64,000 nt of DNA, taken from the IMG/VR virus record IMGVR_UViG_3300049926_000042, positions 23,316 to 87,315 of that record; one strand, given 5' to 3'. Below are positions 8,778 through 17,837 of the stretch, piece by piece. Position 1 is the stretch's first letter, and each line of letters opens with the position of its first letter. The DNA comes from a virus (lineage: Duplodnaviria > Caudoviricetes). A program made the position numbers and the translations under genes. Below the pieces are notes generated by a model. It saw only the letters and a list, made by a program, of their open reading frames with translations, did not search any database and had not been told where the DNA came from.

Positions 8778-8804
8778 TCGAGTCAATGAAACGAGGAACG
8801 GATC

Positions 8805-9059
8805 ATGAGTGCAGAAAATTTTGGCGGATTTCATCAGGCCGACTGGACTGCTGAGGAGGAGCAGAAGATAGCCGCCCTGAAGGCTGAGATGCAGAACGAG
8901 GACGACGTCCGAATCCGGATGACGGCACTCGCGGCTGCGGCAGAGGTGGCGCGGGGGACTCTGTCGGTGGATGGCCCGCCGGTGGGCTATGTAGCGACCG
9001 GTGTCGTCCAGATGGCCGACGTGTTCGATCAGTGGATTCGGACCGGGCAAGTAATCTGA
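8805..9059 (+). CDS. Hypothetical protein
   Basis: GAGGAA RBS and GATCATG start context. Confidence 0.55.
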   Translation: MSAENFGGFHQADWTAEEEQKIAALKAEMQNEDDVRIRMTALAAAAEVARGTLSVDGPPVGYVATGVVQMADVFDQWIRTGQVI

Positions 9060-9081
9060 CGGTCAGGCAGGGCAGAATGGG

Positions 9082-9111
9082 ACGCCGGGAGCCAACAGGC
9101 CCCGGCGTTTT
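9082..9111 (+). terminator. Terminator-like hairpin
   Basis: ACGCCGGG / CCCGGCGT followed by TTT. Confidence 0.4.
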
Positions 9112-9132
9112 CCGTTCCCCGAGAGGTGACCC

Positions 9133-10068
9133 ATGACCGGTAAGCATGCGCGGCGCAGGCCGCGATGGATGTACCTGGTGATGGGGGTGATCACTGCCCT
9201 GACCATGTCGATGGCGTTGTTTCTGGCTCCCGGGGGAGCCGTCGCCGCCACCCCAAGCCAGGATGCGTGCCACACCGTTGGCAACGCCACCCCTCTCGGT
9301 GATTGCGGAGCCTTCAAACAGATCTTCCGCGACACCTTCAACGGCCGTACCGTCGCCGTCGGCAAGTTCAGCGACTGCGACCACAACGCCGACACCCCTT
9401 CGGCCTTCTGCTCCGGTCTCACCGGCAGTGACCGGACCAACTGGTGGGCCTACCCAACCGGCTGGGAAGACACCGCGACCTCCGGCAACGACGACAACGG
9501 AGGCAGAACCCTCGGTGGTATCTACCACCCCGAAAACACCATCAGCATCGGCCAGCAGTCCAGTACCAATACCGACGGAGTCCTCCGGGTCAGGATGTAT
9601 CGTCCTCTGGCCGGGGGGCCCGTGCATTCATCTGCACCGGTTCCCAAGAAGTGCATGGCCCTTCGCTACGGGAAGTTCACCGAGCGCGTCATCGTCCGAA
9701 CCCGAACCAACGGCTACAAGCTAGCCCACCTGCACTACTCGCCGGACGAGATCGACTATCCCGAGGCCGGGGGCAACTTCGCCACTGACACGATCAGTGC
9801 CTTCACCCACAAGTTCACCGAGACCAACACCACCGTGGCCCCGAACAGCGCGTGGACGAGCTGGCACACCTACAGTCAGGAGATCACGCCTGGGAAGGTG
9901 AAGATCTTCTACGACGGCAAGCTCGTACGGACGATCAGTGGTGATTACCCTCGCGCCACCGCATGGGTGCTCCAGAACGAGAGTGCTTTGGGTGGAGGTT
10001 ACGCAGCTAAGGGATCATCCGTGATCATCGACACAACGGGTGTCACCTGCTACCGCTACTCGCCCTGA
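9133..10068 (+). CDS. Secreted glycoside hydrolase family 16-like protein
   Basis: Signal peptide (HARRR, hydrophobic stretch, AVAA); FRDTFNG; YGKFTER; catalytic-type EIDYPE (E-x-D-x-x-E); WHTYSQEITPGKVKIFYDG. Confidence 0.75.
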   Translation: MTGKHARRRPRWMYLVMGVITALTMSMALFLAPGGAVAATPSQDACHTVGNATPLGDCGAFKQIFRDTFNGRTVAVGKFSDCDHNADTPSAFCSGLTGSDRTNWWAYPTGWEDTATSGNDDNGGRTLGGIYHPENTISIGQQSSTNTDGVLRVRMYRPLAGGPVHSSAPVPKKCMALRYGKFTERVIVRTRTNGYKLAHLHYSPDEIDYPEAGGNFATDTISAFTHKFTETNTTVAPNSAWTSWHTYSQEITPGKVKIFYDGKLVRTISGDYPRATAWVLQNESALGGGYAAKGSSVIIDTTGVTCYRYSP

Positions 10069-10185
10069 TCCCCTATGCTCGAACCACACCGATCAAAGGC
10101 CCGCGCTGGGGTGCTCACAACGCCTCCGGTCGCGGGCCTTGCCATGTCGGTTATGATCGAACCAAGCCAAAGGAAGGAAGCGCCG

Positions 10186-10428
10186 ATGTGTGCCTGGAAG
10201 GGAACCCGGCCCAAGCCGGTCACCGATCGAGACAAGAGAGTGCTCAAGCTTCTCCAGAAGCAGGGAGCGATGACCCGCAACGACATCGCCGAACAGCTCA
10301 AGCTGTCGCGGTCGCTGACCTATCTGTCCCTCGACCGGCTGCGGACCGCCGGTCAGGCTAAGCGATGCTTCTCGGAGGAGTCCAAATACACCCTGTGGAC
10401 GGCGGAGGTGGATGTTCCTTGCCCGTGA
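10186..10428 (+). CDS. Winged-helix DNA-binding protein
   Basis: RVLKLLQKQGAMTRNDIAEQLKLSRSLTYLSLDRL. Confidence 0.6.
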   Translation: MCAWKGTRPKPVTDRDKRVLKLLQKQGAMTRNDIAEQLKLSRSLTYLSLDRLRTAGQAKRCFSEESKYTLWTAEVDVPCP

Positions 10429-10667
10429 TCGAGTTCGACACGTATCCGCCCTTCAGCGGAGACGATCCGGTCTGCCCGAAGTGCCTCAAGATCGGCGCGT
10501 CTGTCGAGTACATGGCATACGGCGAGTGCTATCACGACTCGGGTGGTGTCTCGGGCACCATCTTCGGTTTCCAGCCGAACGAGCGTCTGCATCGTGTGTG
10601 CATCCGATGCTCTTACGCCTGGGATGAGAATCTCGCCACCGCAACAACTCCGAGGGCACACCCATGA
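10425..10667 (+). CDS. Small zinc-ribbon protein
   Basis: CPKC and CIRC pairs; coupled to both neighbours. Confidence 0.5.
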   Translation: MIEFDTYPPFSGDDPVCPKCLKIGASVEYMAYGECYHDSGGVSGTIFGFQPNERLHRVCIRCSYAWDENLATATTPRAHP

Positions 10668-11215
10668 CGACCCGTGCCAGCTGGTACGCCGAAAACGGTG
10701 GGACGCTCGGGCCTCCCGTCGTCCCCCTAGGCTCGATCGGTCTCACCCAGATCCATGGAGGCGTCGGCCGGGCCATCCGGGCCGGGCAGTGGATGCTCGG
10801 TGACGGCTTCAAGGACTACGAACACGCCTTCGTGTACGTCGGTGGATACCGGATCATCGAAGCAGAGCCCGGCGGAGCCCTCCGCTCCAGTCTCGGCCGG
10901 TACAACCCGGAGAAGATTCTCTGGCTGCGGTGCCCACCCGAGTTCGGAGAGGCAGTAGCCGCTGCCGCCGTTGCCTTGATCGGCACCCCGTACAGCTTCG
11001 CCGACTACGGAGCGATCAGTGCCCACCGTCTGCACATCCCGATGCCTCATCTAGATCATTTCATTGAGACGTCGGGGCATCTCATCTGCTCGCAGCTCGC
11101 CGACCGCGCCGCAGACAAGGGTGGCTGGCACCTCTTCAACGATGGTCGTTGGGTGGGCGATGTCTCCCCCGGCGACATCACCAAGTTGGCACTTGCACAG
11201 GAGCTGGCCGCATGA
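10664..11215 (+). CDS. Permuted papain-like (YiiX/NlpC-P60) amidase
   Basis: HAFVYVGG..IIEAEPGG (His first), LIGTPYSF and LICSQL (Cys last). Confidence 0.7.
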   Translation: MTTRASWYAENGGTLGPPVVPLGSIGLTQIHGGVGRAIRAGQWMLGDGFKDYEHAFVYVGGYRIIEAEPGGALRSSLGRYNPEKILWLRCPPEFGEAVAAAAVALIGTPYSFADYGAISAHRLHIPMPHLDHFIETSGHLICSQLADRAADKGGWHLFNDGRWVGDVSPGDITKLALAQELAA

Positions 11216-11907
11216 TCTCTGTTCTGGTCCCCACCCGGGGACGCCCGCACAACATGCGCCGGATGGTCGATTCCGGCCGGGAGACCTCGACCGGCCAAGT
11301 CGAGTACGTGTTCTACATCGACGACGATGACCCGGCGTCGGTCGAGATGGCCTCGACTCTGCATCACGAGAAGGCAGACGTCTTCTGGATCACCGGCCCC
11401 CGGATCCTGATGTCGTCGATGTGGAACGAGTGCCAGAAGTGCGCGCGGTATGACGTCTACCAGCACTCGTGCGACGAGACGATCTATCGCACCGTGGGCT
11501 GGGACACCGCAGTGCTGGCCGCGATGGACGAATGGCCGGACAAGATCGGTCTCGTGTACGGCCGCGACGGCATCCACGATCAAGCACTGGCCACCCACGG
11601 CTTCATCACCCGTAACTGGGTCGAGGCCGTCGGCTACTTCGTACCGCCCTACTTCAGCTCCGACTACAACGATCTCTGGCTGCATCAGGTGGCAGAGGCC
11701 GTCGGCCGGTTGCACTTCCTGCCTGAGGTCTACACGGAGCACATGCATCCGGCCGTCAACAAGGGTCCGCTCGATCTCACCCACCAGGAACGTCTGACGC
11801 GTCACGGGCAAGACGGCGTGGACGCTCTGTACGCCTCTCTGGCGGGCAAACGGAACGAGGACGTGGAGAAGCTCACGGAGGCAATCCAGAAGGCACAGGT
11901 GGCATGA
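11212..11907 (+). CDS. Glycosyltransferase, GT2-like
   Basis: ISVLVPTRGRP, YIDDDD, and FITRNWVEAVG...YNDLWL. Confidence 0.75.
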   Translation: MISVLVPTRGRPHNMRRMVDSGRETSTGQVEYVFYIDDDDPASVEMASTLHHEKADVFWITGPRILMSSMWNECQKCARYDVYQHSCDETIYRTVGWDTAVLAAMDEWPDKIGLVYGRDGIHDQALATHGFITRNWVEAVGYFVPPYFSSDYNDLWLHQVAEAVGRLHFLPEVYTEHMHPAVNKGPLDLTHQERLTRHGQDGVDALYASLAGKRNEDVEKLTEAIQKAQVA

Positions 11908-12818
11908 TGCGCGTTCTCGTAACGGGTGCCCAGGGGTTCGTCGGCGGCTATCTCGCCGACGCCCTGCGGCGTGACGATCACGAGGTCTGGGGGTTCGACA
12001 CCCGGGGTGCCTTCAGACACGACATCAGGGATTACGAGGCCGTCCACTCAATGATCTCCCGAGCGGAGCCTGATCTGATCTTTCATCTCGCGGCCGTGGC
12101 TTGGCCGGGGGAATCACTACGTGACCCCCGCCGGGTGATGGACGTCAATCTCGGGGGAACCGCCAACCTGCTGGACGCGGTCAGGGTCACCGGCTCACAC
12201 GCCAAGATCTTGTTGGCCGGTACCTCGGAAGAGTACGGCTACGAAGGTCACCCGGAAGGCACCGTTCTCGACGAGGAGACGACGTGCCGACCGATGACCC
12301 CTTACGGGGTGAGCAAGCTCGCAGCGACGACTCTGGGCATGGTGTACGCCCGCCGGTACGGCTTGCACGTCGTGGCCACACGAGCGTTCAACCACACGGG
12401 ATGGGGCCGCCAGGCAGTCAATGCCGAGTCCTCGTTCGCCCGCCGGATCGTCGCCTTCGAGCGCGGGGAGACCACCAGCGTCAGCCACGGCGATCTCTCC
12501 GCCATGCGGAACTTCACTGACGTCCGCGATGTCGTCCGGGCATACAAGGCAGTGATCCTCGCGGATCCCGGCATCTACAACGTGTGCTCGGGCAACACAG
12601 TGACTATGCAGCAGGTCATGGACACGCTGGTCGAGATCGCCTCGGAGGACAGCCGGACCCCCGTGATCCTGAAGGAGGATCCCGCTCTGGTTCACAAGGA
12701 CGCGGGGATCTTCCCGATCCCGACGTTCGACAAGCTTCATCAGGCGACCGCATGGATCCCGGAGATCTCCCTGGAGGAGACCCTGAAGACTGTTCTTGAG
12801 TACTGGAGGGGCCGATGA
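11904..12818 (+). CDS. GDP-mannose 4,6-dehydratase-like NAD-dependent epimerase/dehydratase
   Basis: VLVTGAQGFVG Rossmann motif, SEEYG, PYGVSK (YxxxK), RAFNHTG and RNFTDVRDVV. Confidence 0.85.
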   Translation: MMRVLVTGAQGFVGGYLADALRRDDHEVWGFDTRGAFRHDIRDYEAVHSMISRAEPDLIFHLAAVAWPGESLRDPRRVMDVNLGGTANLLDAVRVTGSHAKILLAGTSEEYGYEGHPEGTVLDEETTCRPMTPYGVSKLAATTLGMVYARRYGLHVVATRAFNHTGWGRQAVNAESSFARRIVAFERGETTSVSHGDLSAMRNFTDVRDVVRAYKAVILADPGIYNVCSGNTVTMQQVMDTLVEIASEDSRTPVILKEDPALVHKDAGIFPIPTFDKLHQATAWIPEISLEETLKTVLEYWRGR

Positions 12819-14023
12819 CCATCTGCCGGAGCTGCAACGGGACGTGCACCGAAGTACTCAATCTCGGTGATCACCGGCTGTCGGATTTCGTCGAGCCTGT
12901 CCAGATGGGAGGGATCACTGCCTTCCCACTGCGGATGGTGATCTGCAATGACTGCTCGTTGCTCCAGCTCGCCGACACGACTCCCCGGAACCTGCTCTAT
13001 CACGATCGCTACGGCTTCCGATCCGGCACCAACGAGGCCATCCGCGCCGATCTGGCGGACGTCGTCCAGTACGCGCTGGCCGAGTCAACCGGCACAGTCG
13101 GCAACTGGCTCGACATCGCCTGCAACGACGGCACCCTGCTCTCGTTCGTCCCGAAGGACGTCCAGACATGGTGCATCGATCCGGTGATGGCGATCGTCCG
13201 CGATGCCGTCAAACACGCCGACGTCACGATCGGCGATTACTTCCGGCCGTCGTACTTCGATCACGAGAGATTCAACGTGATCACCTCGGTCTCGATGTTC
13301 TACGATCTCGACGACCCGAACGAGTTCGTGGCTGGGGTCGCCGGTGTGCTGGCATCCGACGGCATCTGGGTGATCCAACAGAACTACGCGGCGGACATGC
13401 TGGCCCGCAACGCGGTCGACAACATCTGCCATGAGCACGTGACTTACTTCAGCGTGGAGTCTCTGCTGCCTCTGCTGGAGCGTCACGGGCTGGAGATCAA
13501 TGACGTCACCTACTCGGACGTCAACGGCGGGTGCTTCCGGGTGCTGGTCACCCATCACGGCAACCGGGCCATCAACAGCTCGGTCGGAGAGGCATTGGCC
13601 AACGAGGGCAAACGCAAGCTGGCCCGGCCGGAGACCTGGCAGGCCTGGGGGCGTGCGGTGGTCGATGAGCTGAGTCTCACCCGGAAGGCTCTGCTCAGAG
13701 CCAAGGAGCGCGGCGAGCGTGTCTTTCTGTACGGCGCGAGCACTCGGGGAGGAACCTTCCTCCAGATGATCGACGCCGGGCCGGACCTGCTTCCGTACGC
13801 GGTCGAGCGCAACCCCGACAAGTTCGGGAAGATCATGGCCAGTACAGGCATCCCGATCATCTCCGAGCAATCCATGCGCGATGATCCTCCGGACGCTCTG
13901 CTCGTGAGCCCGTGGTTCTTCCGCGAGGTCTTCCTGAATCGCGAGGCCACCTACCTCGACGGTGGCGGCGTGATGATCTTCCCCCTCCCGCACTTCGAGA
14001 TCGTCGGAGGCGATCATGATTAA
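12815..14023 (+). CDS. NDP-hexose C-methyltransferase (Zn domain, SAM domain and C-terminal domain)
   Basis: CRSC...CNDCSLLQL, LDIACNDGTLL, SMFYDLDDP, ICHEHVTYFS and YGASTRG. Confidence 0.85.
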   Translation: MTICRSCNGTCTEVLNLGDHRLSDFVEPVQMGGITAFPLRMVICNDCSLLQLADTTPRNLLYHDRYGFRSGTNEAIRADLADVVQYALAESTGTVGNWLDIACNDGTLLSFVPKDVQTWCIDPVMAIVRDAVKHADVTIGDYFRPSYFDHERFNVITSVSMFYDLDDPNEFVAGVAGVLASDGIWVIQQNYAADMLARNAVDNICHEHVTYFSVESLLPLLERHGLEINDVTYSDVNGGCFRVLVTHHGNRAINSSVGEALANEGKRKLARPETWQAWGRAVVDELSLTRKALLRAKERGERVFLYGASTRGGTFLQMIDAGPDLLPYAVERNPDKFGKIMASTGIPIISEQSMRDDPPDALLVSPWFFREVFLNREATYLDGGGVMIFPLPHFEIVGGDHD

Positions 14024-14831
14024 CCGAGGACAGGCCAACTCTTCGGAGTTCAACCGGTCAGGGCTCAACTGGAACGATCAAGTTCAGGCGTGGTCACATC
14101 CGCCGGTCGACGACGTCGGCTACATCTCCTCCGAGGTCATGCTGAGCTGGAGTGACACCAAGCTCCGCGAGACGATCGAAGCCATGCGCCGTGTCCGATA
14201 CGAAGGGTGGCGCAATCACGACGGCTTGTGGCGCGAGCTGATGGGTCTGGACGACGTCCGTGGCAAAGACGTCCTGGACTTCGGGTGCGGGACCGGCATC
14301 GAAGCAGCCGAGTTCGTCCGTGGCCACAACCGGGTCAGTGTCGCTGATCTGTCCCCGGTGAATCTCCGGCTGGCCACCAGGGTCATGAAGCTGACGGCAC
14401 CGGCCGAGTCGATCATCCCGGCCTATCTGGTCGGGTGTCTGCCGCCGTACTTCGAGACCAACAGTGCCAGGTTCGACGTCGTCCACTGCTCCGGAGTGTT
14501 GCACCACATCCCGTGGGCGCACGCGATCATGAAGAGGTTCTGGGAGATCCTCCGGCCCGGCGGACAGGTCAGGCTGATGCTGTATTCCGACGTCGGGTGG
14601 ACGATCGCGACCGGCAGCAACCCACCGGCGGGACGTCCGTCCGAACACCCGGACTTCATGAAGTTCGTCCGGTACTTCGATGCAGTCGGCGAGTACGCCG
14701 ACTGGTACAGCCTGGCGAAGATCAATAACACCTTCGGGGACATGTTCTCCCTCGATCAGTTCGCCTATCTCACGGTCGATCAGCGCTACTGCGCGGCCGT
14801 CCTCACCAGGAAAGGAAACGTGGGGATGTGA
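14016..14831 (+). CDS. Class I SAM-dependent methyltransferase
   Basis: VLDFGCGTG, FDVVHCSGVLHHI and LRPGG. Confidence 0.8.
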   Translation: MINRGQANSSEFNRSGLNWNDQVQAWSHPPVDDVGYISSEVMLSWSDTKLRETIEAMRRVRYEGWRNHDGLWRELMGLDDVRGKDVLDFGCGTGIEAAEFVRGHNRVSVADLSPVNLRLATRVMKLTAPAESIIPAYLVGCLPPYFETNSARFDVVHCSGVLHHIPWAHAIMKRFWEILRPGGQVRLMLYSDVGWTIATGSNPPAGRPSEHPDFMKFVRYFDAVGEYADWYSLAKINNTFGDMFSLDQFAYLTVDQRYCAAVLTRKGNVGM

Positions 14832-16102
14832 CCACAGTCGGAGTCGTTGGACTCGGCAAGCTCGGGCTCATGCTCGCGATGGTGCTGGACAAGCACGGCA
14901 AGTATGACGTCGTCGGCTATGACCCGACCACCAACCCCAACGGGATCCTGTCCGGCCGAGTCCCCCCTCCGCAAGAGGAGGGGATCGCGGGACTGATCGA
15001 GGACTCCAAGATTCAGCTCGCGCCGGTGCCGAGCGCCGTCGTACGAGCCACGGATGACGTGATCTTCGTCGTGGTGCAGACCCCTCATCTGCCGGATTAT
15101 GACGGCACCACACCGTTGACCGGACCACCGGCCGACTTCGAGTACGGGTTCCTGGTTCAGGCCGTCCGGGACATCTCGAAGGCAGCACGCGAGCAGGGGA
15201 AGCCGGTCACCATCGTGATCGTCTCCACCGTCCTGCCGGGCACGATCAACCGCCTGATCCGGCCGTTGCTCAATGACATGACCACCCGGCTGGTCTACAG
15301 TCCTTCGCTGATCGCGCTGGGGCAGGTGAGAGCAGACCTCCTCGACCCGGAGTTCGTCATTATCGGCACCGACGATCACGCCGACGCTCGCTCGGTGATG
15401 GAGATATATGCGACCCTGCATGACCGGCCGTTCCAGATCATGAGCATCGAGTCAGCAGAGCTGACCAAGATGGCGTACAACACCTTCACCAGCCTGAAGA
15501 TCGTGTTCGCCAACACGATCATGGAACTGGCCCACAAGACAGGGGCAGACTGCGACGCGGTCACAGATGCCCTCTCGCTCGCGACCCGCAACCTACTCTC
15601 CCCGGCCTATCTCCGTGGCGGCATGGGTGGTGGCGGCTACTGTCATCCGCGTGATGTCGTGGCGATGTGGCATCTGTCGTCTCAGCTGAATCTGTCCGGT
15701 GATCTGTTCGGGTTCCTGCACGGCGCACGCGAAGATCAGTCGTCCTGGCTGGCCGACGTCACCGAGCACTGGGCCATGCTGACCGGACTACCGATCGCGA
15801 TCTTCGGCACCTCCTATCGGCCGGAATCATCACTGACCGGCGGGAGCGCATCCCTGCTGCTTCACAATCAGCTGATCGAACGTGGACTGGACGTCCAGTC
15901 CTGGGATCCAATCGCGGACGGCGGCCGGTCGATCAAGGTGTCGTCGAACACCGTCGCCAACGTCCCCCGGGTCTACGTGATCGCGACCAACCACCGGGAT
16001 TTCCGGACGGTCGCCTTCGCCCCCGGATCAGTGGTGATCGATCCGCACGGCAACATCCCGGATGCCCCCGGCGTGACCGTGGTCAAGATCGGGAGAAAAT
16101 GA
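14828..16102 (+). CDS. UDP-glucose/GDP-mannose dehydrogenase family protein
   Basis: VGVVGLGKLG, FVVVQTP, STVLPGT, AELTKMAYNTF and GGGYCHPRD. Confidence 0.85.
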   Translation: MTTVGVVGLGKLGLMLAMVLDKHGKYDVVGYDPTTNPNGILSGRVPPPQEEGIAGLIEDSKIQLAPVPSAVVRATDDVIFVVVQTPHLPDYDGTTPLTGPPADFEYGFLVQAVRDISKAAREQGKPVTIVIVSTVLPGTINRLIRPLLNDMTTRLVYSPSLIALGQVRADLLDPEFVIIGTDDHADARSVMEIYATLHDRPFQIMSIESAELTKMAYNTFTSLKIVFANTIMELAHKTGADCDAVTDALSLATRNLLSPAYLRGGMGGGGYCHPRDVVAMWHLSSQLNLSGDLFGFLHGAREDQSSWLADVTEHWAMLTGLPIAIFGTSYRPESSLTGGSASLLLHNQLIERGLDVQSWDPIADGGRSIKVSSNTVANVPRVYVIATNHRDFRTVAFAPGSVVIDPHGNIPDAPGVTVVKIGRK

Positions 16103-16680
16103 TGATCTCTGGTGTGACCGCCGTCGTTCCCGTGCATCTGCCACGGCTGCGCAGTGGGATCTTCGATCGGGCCATCGAGTCGATCGAGTGGCAGACTCGG
16201 CCGGTGGACGCCATCAGCATCTCCGTCGACACGACACATGCCGGAGCAGCCAAGACGCGCAACCGGGCCTTGGCCGGGGTCACCACACAGTGGTCGGCCT
16301 TCCTCGACTCGGACGATCAGTGGAGGCCGAACCACATCGCCGCCCTGATGGATCACGCGGAGAAGACCGGAGCCGATCTGGTCTATCCGTGGTTCACGGT
16401 CCCCGAGGGCTGGGATCCCTTCCCGCAGTTCGAGGGCCAGCCTTTCAGCGCGAAGGCTCTGGAGACCCAGAACTACATCCCGGTCACCGTGCTGGTCCGC
16501 ACCGATCTGATCCGAGAAGTCGGAGGATTCCAGCCGAAGGGACCGCCGGAGAACCCTTGCGACGATTATGGGGCCTGGGACGCTCTGCTCCGGGCCGGAG
16601 CGAAGTTCTCCCATCTGAACATGCGCACGTGGTACTGGCACTGGGGCGACAACACCAACGGACGAGGAGACGTGTGGTGA
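16099..16680 (+). CDS. Glycosyltransferase, GT2-like
   Basis: GAAKTRNRAL, AFLDSDDQWRPNHI and CDDYG. Confidence 0.8.
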   Translation: MMISGVTAVVPVHLPRLRSGIFDRAIESIEWQTRPVDAISISVDTTHAGAAKTRNRALAGVTTQWSAFLDSDDQWRPNHIAALMDHAEKTGADLVYPWFTVPEGWDPFPQFEGQPFSAKALETQNYIPVTVLVRTDLIREVGGFQPKGPPENPCDDYGAWDALLRAGAKFSHLNMRTWYWHWGDNTNGRGDVW

Positions 16681-16835
16681 AGAAAAAATCAAGGCTCGCC
16701 CGATGGTGGTGCGGAGTGTGGACTGGACACAACTTCCTTCCGGAAGGCCACCAGTGGAAGTGTCAGTACTGCGGAGAGCAGCCGGAGCCATTCACCCTGC
16801 CAGCACCGCCACCGCCAGGGAGTGAGAGGCGATGA
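16674..16835 (+). CDS. Small Cys/His protein
   Basis: WWCGVWTGH...CQYC; coupled within the operon. Confidence 0.35.
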   Translation: MVKKKSRLARWWCGVWTGHNFLPEGHQWKCQYCGEQPEPFTLPAPPPPGSERR

Positions 16836-16956
16836 TCTACCGAGCACTGATCCAAACGTTCTGGGTTTTCGTGCCGCATCCGTTCGTCATGGAAAGCCAG
16901 TTCGCATCAGCCGTCTGCCGACGCTGCGGCTTCGTTCACTGGGGAAAGTGGTTCTG

Positions 16957-17613
16957 ATGGGCCAGCACAAATACAACAAGGGACAGCGGCACCTCACCGT
17001 GGCCGTCTGCATCCCGACCATCCCTGATCGTGAACTTCAGCTCGTGCGCGCAGAGCTGAGTGTCATGACGCAGCGGCGGCAGCCGGACCAGCTGCTGATC
17101 GAAATGGACTCCGAGCGCACTGGCGCGGCGGCCACCAGAAACCGGCTGCTCCGCCAGGTCACGACCGACGTGATCGCCTGGCTGGACGATGACGACGCCA
17201 TGAAAGACAACCACCTCATGGCGTGCATGCGGGTTCTGGAGCAGAACCCATCGGTGGATCTCGTCTACCCTCGGCCGGTCATGATCGGTGGCACCGACCC
17301 GACGGCCACCACCCGGGGAGGGATCTTCCCCGTCAGCCCGTGGGGGCTCCGCTTCGGACCCGAGCAGGCGGCCCACATCAGGCACGTCGGGAGTTTCATC
17401 CCGATGACCCATCTGGTCCGCACGGAAGCAGTCGACCGGATCAACGGATTCCCCGAGGGCAGAACGCTGCCGAACGGCCGGTACCAGGGCGAGGACGAAC
17501 GCTACCTGATCAATCTCCTCGACGACGGAGCGACCTTCGAACATCTGGACCGCCCGACCTGGTACTGGCACGTGAACCAGAGGTCGACGGCCGGGAAGGG
17601 GCTACCGAGATGA
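16957..17613 (+). CDS. Glycosyltransferase, GT2-like
   Basis: VAVCIPTIPDR, GAAATRNRLL, AWLDDDD and GEDERY; paralogous to 16099-16680. Confidence 0.8.
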   Translation: MGQHKYNKGQRHLTVAVCIPTIPDRELQLVRAELSVMTQRRQPDQLLIEMDSERTGAAATRNRLLRQVTTDVIAWLDDDDAMKDNHLMACMRVLEQNPSVDLVYPRPVMIGGTDPTATTRGGIFPVSPWGLRFGPEQAAHIRHVGSFIPMTHLVRTEAVDRINGFPEGRTLPNGRYQGEDERYLINLLDDGATFEHLDRPTWYWHVNQRSTAGKGLPR

Positions 17614-17837
17614 TCAGCCTGGAGTTCAAGGACGGCAATCTCTATCACGAGGACGGTCGCCTCTACACCGGCCCGAGGGTCTTCAGCTCAGGTGACTATC
17701 TGCCTGACGTCAGGGCGGAGCTGGTGACCGGCCTAAGGGCTTTGCCCGGCGTGGCCAACGATCCCCACACAGTGCCGGACATCATGTCTCTGGTGGACAC
17801 CTACGTCCGCCGGGCGAGGGGACACCATGACGAATAG
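17610..17837 (+). CDS. Hypothetical protein
   Basis: ATGA overlap with the upstream glycosyltransferase. Confidence 0.45.
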   Translation: MISLEFKDGNLYHEDGRLYTGPRVFSSGDYLPDVRAELVTGLRALPGVANDPHTVPDIMSLVDTYVRRARGHHDE

